The notes: generated from the sequence alone by a model not told the origin. DNA of 64,000 nucleotides from Cyanophyceae cyanobacterium (GCA_038321985.1 JBBQFN010000017.1:47681-111680); one strand, 5' to 3'. Shown: positions 43,254 to 54,745, counted from the first letter of the stretch. Numbers and translations are program-made.

Positions 43254-43504
43254 GGGCTTTCTCCCTGAATCCATACTCAATGGGTTCAGGGATTTTAATG
43301 ATTGCTGATTGTTAAGTGATTATTTTTGGAAAAACTAAGACCTTTAAGACGCTGCTTTTTAAGTTGGGTTTTTATAGGCTTTATATTTAGATAAAGGGGA
43401 CCAGAAACCGGGTTTCTAGCGATAATTGTGGGCTTTCTTGACCGAGATTTTGTCAAGAAACCCGGTTGTCTTCCCGCTGCTTTGCTGAAGCCATACGAGA
43501 GGTT

Positions 43505-43978
43505 ATGATGATGAACGGTTCTGATTTTACATCCGCCTATCCTTTACCTCCGACAGGGGAAGAAGCTAAATTAGCGAAGGAAAGTAGCCAGATTTTGGCA
43601 CGGTACACTGAGGTAAAGAAACCCCAAATTATCATCAAGACTGATGAAATGAATACTCAGGCGATCGCAATTCCTGAGTCTGCTTTTCTGATGTTGGTTG
43701 AAATTTTAGAACAGATGGCTCAGGGGAAAGCCGTTAGCCTTGTTTCCTTACCCGCAGAACTCACGACTCAAGAAGCTGCCAATATTTTAGAGGTGTCCCA
43801 TCCTTATTTGGTGGAATTACTGGAATCGGGAGAAATCCCTTCCCAAACAGTGGGGACAGAGCGACAGATGCGGTACGAAGATGTGCTGCACTACAAAAAC
43901 CAGATTGAGGAGAAACGGCAGCAAACCTTGGATGAGTGAGTTGCGGAGGCTCAAGCGTTAAATATGGGCTACGAGTAA
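43505..43978 (+). pseudogene. Excisionase-like HTH protein with a probable premature stop near the C-terminus
   Basis: ELTTQEAANILEVSHPYLVELLESGEIP; frame continues LDE*VAEAQALNMGYE* past TGA 43937. Confidence 0.6.
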
Positions 43979-44050
43979 ATGGCGGAAAATTTTTAGATAC
44001 TTTAAGGGTTATTAATCTGGGGAATTTTTGAAGTTGTGACACTGACGGGG

Positions 44051-44152
44051 GGATAACGACGGCAAGTCAGGACGTTGAACTGGGGAAGGTTAACGACTGA
44101 AGTTGTTACTACGAGCATCGGAGGGAGAACGACTGAACTCGTTACTACGAAC
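44051..44152. repeat. Three degenerate copies of the REP-like repeat seen at 3809
   Basis: GGATAACGAC..., TAACGACTGAAGTTGTTACTACGAGC, AACGACTGAACTCGTTACTACGAAC. Confidence 0.7.
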
Positions 44153-44266
44153 ATTAGAGGAGGCTGAGGGGTTGGGGTTGTGACAGTTTATGAATTTGGC
44201 TCTGTACTATCACTGAATTGAGAAAAGATAGCGCATAATCTTGATAAGCGCTATGAGGGCCTACCC

Positions 44267-47200
44267 ATGTCTTCTAACTCTGAGCTACCGATCGAACTTG
44301 AAGTAAAACTCCGACTCTGTGAACCCGGTCTCTTGGCAAACCTTGATGCTTTACTCAGTCTGGGTTTGGTTTCTGATGCACAGGTAAAAGTTTTGTGCCG
44401 AACCTATCTGAGTGAACGGTTACCAGAACCCCAGGTGATTGCATTACTGAGTCAAACCTATCGGAATGAACTGTTCCCGAAACCCCCGGTGATTGCAGTA
44501 CCGATCGCTCAAGAAGAGAAAAAGCAAAAGCAGGAAGAGTGGGCGGATGAGCCGATCGCCTTGCCTCGGGTGTTGTCTCCTGCTGCTACTACGGCTACTC
44601 CTGTTACTCCGGCTAAACCTCAATGGATACAGTCGCTAATGGCGGAACTAAGTGTTCGCTGGTTACTGTTTCTTGGGGTATTTATGGTGGTGCTCTCTTC
44701 TGGGGTACTCGCTGCAACCCAGTGGGAGCGTTTTCCGCCTGCGGGTCAATATTTAGTTTTATTTGCCTATACTGTTATTTTTTGGGGAGTTAGTATTTGG
44801 GCACAGCGGCAGTCCCAATTACGACTGACGGCTCAAACGTTGCAATGGGTGACTCTGTTGCTGCTGCCGGTGAACTTTTGGACGATAGATGGGTTGGGAT
44901 TGTGGGGCTCACCGTTGGGATGGGGGACGATCGCCTTAGCTGCGCCGGTCCTGAGTGCGATCGCTTGGCAGGTTCTGCCTGGGTTGCTGGGCGATCGCCC
45001 TTCCAGACGGACTCTGTTTCCCCTTGCAGTTTACCCGGTCCTCTGTTATCTCCATTGGGGATGGTCATTCTCTGGGGTACCCACAATCGCGGTTTATCTG
45101 GGAACAATCGCTGCTGCTGTTGCTACCCTGTCTCCCAAAACTCAAAAAACTCTCTCTAGCCCGGAATCCTCTTCACTCTCTAATATTCAGCCTTTTAATA
45201 CTTCAAATATTCTCCTGTTATCCTACGCCCTGGCAATTCTCTGCGGACGGGCAATTTTTGCCATTGGCGTTCCGATTTCTCAGTTAGGGTTGGCGATCGC
45301 ACTGGTGGGTTGGATTGTCTTGCACTCCGATCTCACAAAAGACGTTCCCCCGGTCAAAAAACCTATACCCGCAGCGATCGCTCGGGGGGGAGTGGCGGTT
45401 CTGCCGTCGGGTGTAACCCTCAATCCCCCCCAACTTTTCGGTTATGTCGGGGGTTGGTTGATGTTTGTGGGTTGGCTGGTGTCCGTCGCACAGCAACCGT
45501 GGCAGGCGATCGCCATTAGTATTCTGGCCTTGTGGTGGCTGGGAAGTCGCCTCTCCCGATTTTTCCACGTATTTGATACCGTTGCGATTTTTACAATCAC
45601 CTTACAAGGCTATTGGCTAATTCGCAACATTATTCCCCCAGTGGTTCGCAATCAGGCGATCGCCACTGGCACTCAACTGGCTAATGCCCAAGAGAACCCT
45701 TGGGCGTTGCTGGGCTTAACGTTTTTTCCCTATTTGTTATTTGTTGTCTGGCTCACCGACTGGCTATACCGTCGCAGTCCTGCTCAGTTAGAGCAGGGGG
45801 CTAAAGTTTCGGCCCAAATGGGGGATTTCTGGTCCCTGGGATTTGGGCTACTGCTCACGGTGTTGAGCGGGCCAGTCTATTCGATGCGATCGCTCAATTT
45901 ATTGGCTTCTACCCTGACTTTGGCCGTCGTTACCGATCGCCGTTTAAGCGGGCGAACCCACGGTCCCACTGCTCCTAGAGCCATCCGTCCCGGAGAGTTT
46001 GGGCTGCTTAATTTTTTGGTTTACTTGAGTCACGTTAGCGGATTGTTCACGCTCTTTTCCTTTTTGCATTGGGGATTTCCCCAACTTCCTATTTTCGGAT
46101 GGGGACTAATTGTTCTATCCCTGGCGCTTGCAGAATGGGCAGTCTCTCTCACTTTAGAATTTAGGCCAGATCTCGCTTTGAATGTGCGAATTTCGGCCTG
46201 GATTGAAAGTTTTTGGCCCGTAGGGTTAGGGCTTGCCACGGTAAGTTATATATTCTGGTTGGGAAATTATAGTGGGCTAGGGGATAGTGATGCCTCACGC
46301 TCGGGGATGGTATGGTTTATGATTCCCTTGGCTTTGACGGCGATCGCACATTTTTCTCCTGATCGCCGCCTCCTGGCAACGGGATTGAGCATCACCACGT
46401 TAATTTTGGCCCAAGGGTTGATTTTTGACTTCCCTGGAACTCGCTTATTGGGATTGGGTATCGGCGCGGTGCTGATGGTGATGAATACCCGGTTACTGCA
46501 ACACACTGCCGTGGCTGCGATCACCACTGGGTTTGGGTTATGCTTTTCCATTCAGTTATTGGATATAGGGATTTTGGGGTTACCCTCCGTAAGGGGAGAG
46601 GGCTGGTTAGTCGTCAGTGCGATCGCTGTTGTGGCTTTATCCGTGAGTTATGCTCTAGGGATTCAGCGTTCTAATTCCCTGGTTCAGATTTATGCTCGCG
46701 CCTATCAGGGATGGGCGATCGCCCTAGGATTATTGGCACTGACGGTGATTTCCGCTCATGCCTCTACTATTTATTTCTGGGGATTTATGGAGTCCTCAGT
46801 GCCGATTTTAATGGCTACCCTTCTGATCGGATTAGCAGTTGCCTATCGGATGTGGCTGTCTCCGACTACTTGGACTTTTTATACCTTGGGTTGGACTGTC
46901 GAATTACTCGCCGCTGAAATTTTGGGATTTTTCGGGCGATCGCTGATTAGTTTGGCGATCGTTAACCTGATCCTTGGAGTGGTGGCTTCGATTGTTGGGG
47001 AGTGGTGGATTCGTCGCACCGGCAGACCCCTGCGTACCAGTTGGAAGGTGATACCGTTAATTTATGGGGTTTTGGGGCAGGCATTACGCTGGGGGACTTT
47101 CACCAGTTGGAGTGGAGTAACCACCTTGGGATTAGTGGTGATCGCCATGACGATTGGACGCCGAAGCCAAGAAGCTAAACCCTTGGTTTATTTAGCTTTA

Positions 47201-48421
47201 ATTGGCGTTTCTATTTCGGCTTATGAGTTTCTTTCCTATCAAATTTCAGGGCTACCAGCTACCGCGCAATTGATTGCCATTGCCACTTTGGGGGCAGCGA
47301 TCGTTTATAACTATCGCCTGCTGGAACATTGGTTAACGGATTACTTGAATTTGACAAAAAAGGAAGTCGAATTTTTTGCTCACACTCACTGGGGATTAAG
47401 TAGTTTTATCTGGTTGAGTGCAATCGCGCTTTCCTCCGAACGGGCGACGGCAATTAGTTCCCTGGGGTCGATTGACTTAATTGGGGTGGGAACCGGGTTA
47501 TTTTTAACCAATTATGCACTGCTTCAGGGTCGGTTGCCCGAATCGAGACAGGGGGAAGACAGTTCGCACAATCGCCCCGAAGCGATTCAGATGGCTGAGA
47601 GTTGGGTTTATTTAGGAATGGCAGGATCTGGCGCTGTGGGGTGTTATGTGTTTGGATATCTTCCAGCTAATTTGCAGGAGATGTTCATTGGCTGGGGAGG
47701 TGCGATCGCCTGTGTTGCGGCTTACTTTCTGGATGCTGTGCCCTGGGACCGCTGGGGATGGACTCTCAAACCCTGGCGGTTGATCGCAAGACTCCTGCCT
47801 GGATTGGCGATAATCACCACGGGAATCGGGTTTTTCGGGGATATCAATCAATCGTGGTATGTTTCGACCCTGATCGTCGCGGCTTTTTATATTTTCCTAA
47901 GTCAACTCCATCGCCAAATTCGTTTGACGTACGCGAGTGCTATCTTACTCACTTGGCTGATTCTGCGTGGGCTTTTGAACGAATTCGTCACAGACGCGAT
48001 CGCCTATGTTGCCCCAGTCGCCTTGGCTATCTTATACTTCGCCCAGGTTGAACCGTCCCTAAAAAGTCCGCAAGCTAAAGGAATCCGCCACGGGATTAGG
48101 GTATTGGCGATCGGCAGTATCAATTTTACCCTGCTATTCACCACTCATTGGCTGATTTCAGGGTTAGCCAGTTTATTAATCGGATTTGCGGGTTTAACTT
48201 TCAAAATCCGCGCCTTTTTCTACATGGGTACGGTCACTTTTTTACTCAATGCCATCTATCAACTCATTATTCTCAACTCGCTTTATCCATTTTTGCGATG
48301 GGTAATTGGATTAGTCGCGGGTATTTTCTTGATTTGGATTGCTGCTAATTTTGAAACTCGTCGCGAACAAATCGTCACTGTTTTTCAAAATTGGCTGGGG
48401 GATTTAGAGTCTTGGGATTAA
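44267..48421 (+). CDS. Large multi-pass membrane protein (DUF2157-like N-terminus)
   Basis: 1384 aa, dozens of hydrophobic segments, ELSVRWLLFLGVFMVV. Confidence 0.7.
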   Translation: MSSNSELPIELEVKLRLCEPGLLANLDALLSLGLVSDAQVKVLCRTYLSERLPEPQVIALLSQTYRNELFPKPPVIAVPIAQEEKKQKQEEWADEPIALPRVLSPAATTATPVTPAKPQWIQSLMAELSVRWLLFLGVFMVVLSSGVLAATQWERFPPAGQYLVLFAYTVIFWGVSIWAQRQSQLRLTAQTLQWVTLLLLPVNFWTIDGLGLWGSPLGWGTIALAAPVLSAIAWQVLPGLLGDRPSRRTLFPLAVYPVLCYLHWGWSFSGVPTIAVYLGTIAAAVATLSPKTQKTLSSPESSSLSNIQPFNTSNILLLSYALAILCGRAIFAIGVPISQLGLAIALVGWIVLHSDLTKDVPPVKKPIPAAIARGGVAVLPSGVTLNPPQLFGYVGGWLMFVGWLVSVAQQPWQAIAISILALWWLGSRLSRFFHVFDTVAIFTITLQGYWLIRNIIPPVVRNQAIATGTQLANAQENPWALLGLTFFPYLLFVVWLTDWLYRRSPAQLEQGAKVSAQMGDFWSLGFGLLLTVLSGPVYSMRSLNLLASTLTLAVVTDRRLSGRTHGPTAPRAIRPGEFGLLNFLVYLSHVSGLFTLFSFLHWGFPQLPIFGWGLIVLSLALAEWAVSLTLEFRPDLALNVRISAWIESFWPVGLGLATVSYIFWLGNYSGLGDSDASRSGMVWFMIPLALTAIAHFSPDRRLLATGLSITTLILAQGLIFDFPGTRLLGLGIGAVLMVMNTRLLQHTAVAAITTGFGLCFSIQLLDIGILGLPSVRGEGWLVVSAIAVVALSVSYALGIQRSNSLVQIYARAYQGWAIALGLLALTVISAHASTIYFWGFMESSVPILMATLLIGLAVAYRMWLSPTTWTFYTLGWTVELLAAEILGFFGRSLISLAIVNLILGVVASIVGEWWIRRTGRPLRTSWKVIPLIYGVLGQALRWGTFTSWSGVTTLGLVVIAMTIGRRSQEAKPLVYLALIGVSISAYEFLSYQISGLPATAQLIAIATLGAAIVYNYRLLEHWLTDYLNLTKKEVEFFAHTHWGLSSFIWLSAIALSSERATAISSLGSIDLIGVGTGLFLTNYALLQGRLPESRQGEDSSHNRPEAIQMAESWVYLGMAGSGAVGCYVFGYLPANLQEMFIGWGGAIACVAAYFLDAVPWDRWGWTLKPWRLIARLLPGLAIITTGIGFFGDINQSWYVSTLIVAAFYIFLSQLHRQIRLTYASAILLTWLILRGLLNEFVTDAIAYVAPVALAILYFAQVEPSLKSPQAKGIRHGIRVLAIGSINFTLLFTTHWLISGLASLLIGFAGLTFKIRAFFYMGTVTFLLNAIYQLIILNSLYPFLRWVIGLVAGIFLIWIAANFETRREQIVTVFQNWLGDLESWD

Positions 48422-48485
48422 GCAAAAATCCCCTTTAGCAGTTCGTAAATTTCCTTTTTTTCAGAGTCTATAATGTCGTTAATTC

Positions 48486-49862
48486 ATGATTAAATCTATC
48501 GATGGCGCTCACCCGGCTTTAGAATTTATTCCCCCCTGCTTTAACCCATTAGTTTTGCAGGTAGCGAAATTAGGAATGCCACTCTGGAGGCAATTTCGCA
48601 CTCCCCTTACCCAAATTCAAACGGAAAATGTAGAGCAACTTGTGGAACTGTATCAGCAGTTTCAAGAAGAAAAAGTTCGCTTTTTGATGGCATTTCGTCA
48701 TCCGAGTACCTACGATCCGTTTCCGATCTCCCATTTGATTTGGCAGGCGGTTCCCCAAGTGGCTCAGGAAAAAAATATATCTCTAGCATCTCCGGTACAC
48801 TTTCATTTTATGTATGATCGCGGTATTCCCTTATGGGCGGGAAAATGGCTAGAGCAGTTATTACCCAGGCTCGGGGGTACTCCCATTGTGCGAGGAAAAA
48901 TAGACCGTCAGGGGTTGCGATCGGCACGTGAACTGTTTGCTAAAGGTCAATTTCCCCTGGCTGCTGCTCCGGAGGGTGGCACGAATGGACATAATGAAAT
49001 TATCAGTCCCTTAGAACCCGGTATTGCACAATTGGCATTCTGGTGTATGGAGGATTTACAGAAAGAAAACCGGAGCGATCGCGTGGCAATTTTGCCGATT
49101 GGGATTCGGTATAAATATGAAAAAGAAGAGTGGGAAGCAGTCGCTATGTTACTCACTCAAATGGAGCTCGATTGTGGCTTACCTCCTCTGTCGGGGGAAA
49201 TTCAAGAAGATTTTTCTTCCAGTCCACTCACGGCTCTTTATCCTCGGTTAATTCGTTTAGGACAACATTTATTGTTGTTGATGGAAGATTTTTATCGGCG
49301 GTTTTATCATCGAACCTTAGTAGATGCCGCCGGAAAAACCAATGATTTACCCAGTCGATTGCCGGCCCTCCTCGACATGGCATTACAGGTAGCTGAAGAG
49401 TATTTTAAGCTGCCCTCTAAAGGGACTGTTATTGACCGATGTAGACGCTTAGAACAAGCGGGTTGGGAGCGGATTTATCGAGAAGATATTGAGAATATTG
49501 AGGCGTTGTCACCGTTGGAACGAGGACTCGCCGATCGCGTCGCTGAAGAAGCCAATTTGCGGATGTGGCACATGAGATTGGTGGAATGTTTTGTGGCGGT
49601 TACGGGACAGTATGTCCGGGAAAAACCCACCTTTGAGCGGTTTGCAGAGACGACACTCTTGGTGTGGGATACAATTGCTCGGATTAAGGGAGAACGTCCC
49701 TCTTCTCGTCCGGAATTAGGCAAGCAGTCGGTACAAGTCACCATCGGCGAACCCCTTTGGGTGAGCGATCGCTCGAATTCCTACAAAAGTAGTCGGCGAT
49801 CGGCGATCGCTGACTTAACTCAAGATTTAAGAACCGCGTTAGAACAGACGATTGCGGGTTGA
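48486..49862 (+). CDS. PlsC-like acyltransferase
   Basis: FRHPSTYDP (HxxxxD), AAPEGG, ILPIGIRY. Confidence 0.8.
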   Translation: MIKSIDGAHPALEFIPPCFNPLVLQVAKLGMPLWRQFRTPLTQIQTENVEQLVELYQQFQEEKVRFLMAFRHPSTYDPFPISHLIWQAVPQVAQEKNISLASPVHFHFMYDRGIPLWAGKWLEQLLPRLGGTPIVRGKIDRQGLRSARELFAKGQFPLAAAPEGGTNGHNEIISPLEPGIAQLAFWCMEDLQKENRSDRVAILPIGIRYKYEKEEWEAVAMLLTQMELDCGLPPLSGEIQEDFSSSPLTALYPRLIRLGQHLLLLMEDFYRRFYHRTLVDAAGKTNDLPSRLPALLDMALQVAEEYFKLPSKGTVIDRCRRLEQAGWERIYREDIENIEALSPLERGLADRVAEEANLRMWHMRLVECFVAVTGQYVREKPTFERFAETTLLVWDTIARIKGERPSSRPELGKQSVQVTIGEPLWVSDRSNSYKSSRRSAIADLTQDLRTALEQTIAG

Positions 49863-49910
49863 GTTGCTCGCCAATTCTGATAATGTACCCCCTTTCCACC
49901 AAAACAATAA

Positions 49911-49938
49911 GTAGAGACACAAAATTTTGCGTCTCTAC
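49911..49938. repeat. GTAG palindromic repeat / terminator between convergent genes
   Basis: GTAGAGACACAAAATTTTGCGTCTCTAC followed by a T-run. Confidence 0.7.
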
Positions 49939-49973
49939 TTTTTTTTAGGATCCCTGTTAACCAGGGGGATAAA

Positions 49974-50207
49974 TTACCGGCGAATTAAGTGTTCCCGGGG
50001 GGCAATGCCGGGATTAATCATCCGGGATAATTCTTCATCTGATAACTTGCTGATTTCATTGTTTAATTCTTCGTCCGTGAAGCTATAGCCTCGTTCTTCA
50101 GCCATTTTTCTGATGGCTTCCGGATTTTGGGCCGCTTGCATTTGTCGTTGAAGTGCTAAATCTTCTTTAACTGCTTGGAAAAGGGCTGCTGCATTTTTCT
50201 GAGTCAT
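49974..50207 (-). CDS. Nif11-like leader peptide family protein
   Basis: MTQKNAAALFQAVKED, AEERGYSFTDEEL, LSDEEL. Confidence 0.8.
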   Translation of the reverse strand: MTQKNAAALFQAVKEDLALQRQMQAAQNPEAIRKMAEERGYSFTDEELNNEISKLSDEELSRMINPGIAPREHLIRR

Positions 50208-50635
50208 AAAACTGAACTCCTGGTAAATCAATTGTTAAAAAGTTGCCGTCTCGCTAAGCATCTATCCGCTCAAAAATGCCGGATAAAAGAGGGTAGAAAA
50301 CACCGCTACGGTTGATATAGGTATCTTTACCCTCTTGATTCTGATGTCGGCTGAACGACTTATGTATTGACATGATAAACTATTTTGAAAAAAAATTCAT
50401 GAATCCTTGACAAAACTCCCAGATTTTCAAGAGAATTTAACATAACTTTAATAGGGGGTGTAGTATAATGGCTAATCTATTTAAACCCCTCAATCCATTC
50501 TGGCTAGCCCTGAGCAAAAGTGCTTAGGATTTTCAGCGTCTAACGGGCATTGCAGAAAAAACCGGGATCAACCCTATCAAGAGGGAGACCAAAGAATTTA
50601 TAGTGGAGGGGCTCAAAAGCCTAAAAATTAAGATT

Positions 50636-51871
50636 GTGAAAGCGATTACTCTCCTCGGATCCACTGGTTCAATTGGGACTCAGACTTTAGATATTGTGGA
50701 GCATAACCCTGATCGGTTTAGGATTGTGGGGTTGGCCGCAAGAGGCAATGTTGAGCTGTTGGCGCAGCAAATTCGCCAGTTTCGACCGGAAATCGTCGCC
50801 ATTTGTCTCGAAGAAAAGCTGCCTGAACTCAAAGCGGCGATCGCGGATTTGGACCCGCAACCGATTCTCTTGGGGGGAGAACAGGGTGTAGTGGAAGTCG
50901 CCCGTTACGGTGATGCTGAAGCCGTTGTAACGGGAATCGTCGGTTGTGCTGGGTTGCTTCCGACCATTGCGGCGATCGAAGCCGGCAAAGATATCGCCTT
51001 GGCAAATAAAGAAACCTTGATTGCTGGGGGACCTGTGGTCAATCCCCTGATTGAAAAGCATGGGGTAAAGCTACTCCCGGCAGACTCGGAACATTCAGCA
51101 ATTTTCCAATGTTTGCAAGGGGTCCCGCCTGGGGGGTTGCGTCGAATTATTTTGACCGCTTCTGGGGGTGCTTTCCGAGATTGGCCCGTTGAGAAATTAG
51201 CTACTGTGAAAGTAGCGGATGCCTTGAAGCATCCAAACTGGTCAATGGGTCGCAAAATTACCGTTGATTCGGCTACATTGATGAATAAAGGATTAGAAGT
51301 AATTGAGGCACATTACTTATTTGGAGTGGAGTATAATGACATTGATATTGTGATTCATCCTCAGAGTATTATTCACTCCTTAATTGAGTTACAAGATACT
51401 TCAGTTTTAGCACAACTGGGTTGGCCGGATATGCGATTACCCTTGCTTTATGCGTTGTCTTGGCCGGAGCGAATTTATACCGATTGGGAGCGGTTAGATT
51501 TAGTGAAAGCTGGAGATTTAACCTTCCGATCGCCCGATCATGACAAATATCCCTGTATGAAATTGGCTTATGCGGCAGGTCGGGCGGGGGGTTCCATGCC
51601 GGCGGTTTTAAATGCAGCCAATGAGCAGGCGGTTGAGTTATTTTTAGATGAAAAGATTGAGTTTTTGGATATTCCCCGGGTCATCGAAAGAGTGTGCGAT
51701 CGCCATCAAGCGGATAACTGTGCCGAACCGGGTTTAGAGGATATTTTGGCGGCAGATCGTTGGGCTAGACAAGTCGTTTTAGAGGCAAGTGCTACCCTTA
51801 AAACTGAGGCTAAAACCTACAGCAGTGGGGTGAAGCCCTTGGGGACTGCAACTCCGGCGACGGCTGGATAG
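50636..51871 (+). CDS. dxr: 1-deoxy-D-xylulose-5-phosphate reductoisomerase
   Basis: [35 protein letters not shown] start. Confidence 0.97.
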   Translation: MKAITLLGSTGSIGTQTLDIVEHNPDRFRIVGLAARGNVELLAQQIRQFRPEIVAICLEEKLPELKAAIADLDPQPILLGGEQGVVEVARYGDAEAVVTGIVGCAGLLPTIAAIEAGKDIALANKETLIAGGPVVNPLIEKHGVKLLPADSEHSAIFQCLQGVPPGGLRRIILTASGGAFRDWPVEKLATVKVADALKHPNWSMGRKITVDSATLMNKGLEVIEAHYLFGVEYNDIDIVIHPQSIIHSLIELQDTSVLAQLGWPDMRLPLLYALSWPERIYTDWERLDLVKAGDLTFRSPDHDKYPCMKLAYAAGRAGGSMPAVLNAANEQAVELFLDEKIEFLDIPRVIERVCDRHQADNCAEPGLEDILAADRWARQVVLEASATLKTEAKTYSSGVKPLGTATPATAG

Positions 51872-52000
51872 TATAGTCTGGAGAGGAAAACGCCCCACCC
51901 CTTCCGGGTGAGGGCTTGATTTTCAATCCGGTAAAGGATAAAACAGCGAGTAAACTCTTAACATAGGCGTAACCATTTTTTACGGGGATCCAATCAAGCT

Positions 52001-52684
52001 ATGAAGACCTTTTATCCGAATATTGCTCTGTTAGGACTCCTCGCCATTTTAGGGGGAATTTCCCCGGTTTTGGGCGCTCAGATGCCGATGGAGGCGATCG
52101 CCCAAAGCAATTCTCAAAATTGGCTCACTTCGGCACAGCAGAAAGCAAGTCAGGGAGATTTTCAAGGGGCGCTTCAGGACTATGCTCAGGCGATCGCCCT
52201 TAATCCCAATAGTGCCGAAGCCTATATTGCTCGGGGGAATCTGCTTTCTCGCAGTGGGGATCAATCCGGGGCGATCTCCGATTATACTCAAGTATTGCGG
52301 TTAAATGGGAATAATATTGACGCCTATATTGGACGGGCTAGCGCCCATTCAGTGCTGCGAAATTATGATGCCGCCTTGGAGGATTATAACGCAGCATTAC
52401 GACTGAATCCCAATTATGGCGAAGCTTATATTGGGCGCGGAGGAGTGTGGGCATTTCAGGAAGATTATAAGAAGGCGATGGATGATTTTAATCAAGCCTT
52501 ACGCCTAAATCCCGCTGAAGCTGCCGCCTATTATAATCGCGGTGGGGTGCGGTTGTTGGAGGGAAAAACCCGAGAGGCGACTGCGGATTTTCAACAAGCT
52601 GCGGAACTGTTTCGGGCTCAAGGCAATATGGCTTTAGCCGATCGCTCAGACGCGATCGCTCGCCAACTTCAACAAGGTAATTAA
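52001..52684 (+). CDS. Exported TPR protein
   Basis: Signal peptide and repeated AYIxRG...DYxxALRLNP. Confidence 0.88.
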   Translation: MKTFYPNIALLGLLAILGGISPVLGAQMPMEAIAQSNSQNWLTSAQQKASQGDFQGALQDYAQAIALNPNSAEAYIARGNLLSRSGDQSGAISDYTQVLRLNGNNIDAYIGRASAHSVLRNYDAALEDYNAALRLNPNYGEAYIGRGGVWAFQEDYKKAMDDFNQALRLNPAEAAAYYNRGGVRLLEGKTREATADFQQAAELFRAQGNMALADRSDAIARQLQQGN

Positions 52685-52704
52685 TCTATCATATTTCCCG
52701 CTCA

Positions 52705-52944
52705 ATGTCAATTGATTTACTGATTATTATTGCGGCAGTCGTTGTTTCTTGGTTGATTTTTACTTGGCTGGTTACGGTCCTTAAAGCCACGGTCAAAACT
52801 GCGATTTTAATGGCCCTGTTAGTATTAGGATTGCAGCTCATTTTTGGCATTGGCATGACTGAGTTATGGGGTCCGGTTCAAGGATTTTTATCTCAAACCT
52901 GGGAGAAAGGGGAAAAAATGTTAGCCCCGTTTTTGGGAAAGTGA
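52705..52944 (+). CDS. Small membrane protein
   Basis: 79 aa, two hydrophobic helices. Confidence 0.7.
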   Translation: MSIDLLIIIAAVVVSWLIFTWLVTVLKATVKTAILMALLVLGLQLIFGIGMTELWGPVQGFLSQTWEKGEKMLAPFLGK

Positions 52945-53335
52945 AATCTATATATAGCTTTTTTCCCAGGTATGAGGTATATTCCTTCTTTTGGAGTGCG
53001 ATCTCTTGATTCGGGTGCCTTAGCACGTAAGCTATGCCCTAAGCTTTACGCACTCCCTAAAAATGTATCTTTTAACTGTGAGAACCCCTGACTATTTCCT
53101 GATTTGTGCCTACACCAGTCCCTGGGGGAAGATTTAAAGACAGCCGAGAGTCAAGTCTTAGCAAAGCCTCGGTTTAACCCGCAATTTGAAGATGATCCGG
53201 TTAAACTCTCAGGGTGAGGGTAGCATCATTTAACCCCATTCGGGCCATTCCCCCTAAATCAGGGCAAGCATCGAGAGATTATACTCTCCTACTCATTCTT
53301 GGCCTAGTCATCCTCTATTGACGCCTTTAATTGTC

Positions 53336-54745
53336 ATGATTCATTTAGTTTGTCCTACTCTTGATCTGTTTGTTTATTATCTTCAGGAAAAAGGGGGTAA
53401 GGATATAACCCACCCTGAATACTCCGGTTTAAATTTATCAGAACAATTCGCCCAAACCCTGCCCGTTCATTTAGGCGATCGCAGTCTATGCCAACCCCAC
53501 CCAATTAACCATTTAGAAGTAACCACCCCCGATAAATCCGTCGTTGAATTTGAGGGCAAGTTAGAAAGCCAAAACCGAATTAAGGGTTCATATCGGCAAT
53601 TTACTCTGGATGAAAATCACGGATTGGCGGTGAATATATCCGTTGACGGCAAGTTTATCGCCGAGGAATTAGTCAACTGTTTAGATGCGATGTTGACCCT
53701 GATTCCCGAATTGGATAACCTACCCGGAAAATTAGGACAAACCTGGATGGTATCGGGTTGGGTGGAAAATTCACAGAAGGACGATCGTGAGATTCTAGCC
53801 GATGAAGTTTACAAAATCTTGATACCTGAAGGATGGCAATATCAAGAAAAAGGTCAATTTTTAGGGGGGATAGTTTTTGAGTTTTGGAGGGCTTCCCCCC
53901 AGCGTTGGGAAAAAATGGCAACCCATAGCCATTTGGTCCTGATTCTCTATCCCAATCAAAAAACAATGGGAACTGGGGCGGCATTTAATGAAGATTGGAA
54001 AGAGTTGTTTTGCTACCGCCATAAAATTATCTGGGCTTATACACAAAGTCGAGAATTGAAAAGGCAAATGATGGAGGAATTTAACCAAATTTCCGATTCT
54101 CTTAAAAATTTATATAGTTGGGAGTTTGCCGAACTGAAGTTAGCATTACAAAACAATGCGGTGGTATTGTCAAACTTTGTTAAAAATATTAATAAAATTG
54201 AAGGCAAACAGCAGCAAATTGACCTAAATTTACATCAATATGAGAACTCAGCCCAATCTATTGCTAAAAAAGCGGGCCAAGTTTTTCAAGTCTGTAATGA
54301 CTTCAAATTTATACAAGAGTTTAGCGCCATTGTCAAGGCTAAGTATCAAAAGCAAATTGAACAAGATTATGCCAGTTTGCGCCCCCATTTGAATGTCCTA
54401 GAAAATCTCCGGGGGACGATCGCCTCCATTGTGGAGATTTCCCAAGCTCAAAGCGATCGCGATTTCCAAATCTTTGCTTGCCTTGTAGGGACCGGAATCG
54501 GCAGCGCTGCATTAGTCGCTTCCTCGTCACCGTCTTGGATGATTCCCCTAAAACAGTCCCCAGCGATCGCTCAGACTCTAGAAGGATTACAAGTGCCAGA
54601 ACCCTGGGCTAATTTCAGCGTTGCTGTGTCTTTGAGTGCGATCGCCGGGTTGATGGGATGTCTCGTTGCCTCAGTTTGTATCGCCTGGTTCTGCCCGAAA
54701 CGCCTATCAGCTAAAAGCAGTCGCTTCCCCCATTCGCGCTTCTAA
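53336..54745 (+). CDS. Hypothetical protein with coiled coil and two C-terminal TM helices
   Basis: Long ORF; helical stalk then QAQSDRDFQ and two hydrophobic segments. Confidence 0.7.
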   Translation: MIHLVCPTLDLFVYYLQEKGGKDITHPEYSGLNLSEQFAQTLPVHLGDRSLCQPHPINHLEVTTPDKSVVEFEGKLESQNRIKGSYRQFTLDENHGLAVNISVDGKFIAEELVNCLDAMLTLIPELDNLPGKLGQTWMVSGWVENSQKDDREILADEVYKILIPEGWQYQEKGQFLGGIVFEFWRASPQRWEKMATHSHLVLILYPNQKTMGTGAAFNEDWKELFCYRHKIIWAYTQSRELKRQMMEEFNQISDSLKNLYSWEFAELKLALQNNAVVLSNFVKNINKIEGKQQQIDLNLHQYENSAQSIAKKAGQVFQVCNDFKFIQEFSAIVKAKYQKQIEQDYASLRPHLNVLENLRGTIASIVEISQAQSDRDFQIFACLVGTGIGSAALVASSSPSWMIPLKQSPAIAQTLEGLQVPEPWANFSVAVSLSAIAGLMGCLVASVCIAWFCPKRLSAKSSRFPHSRF

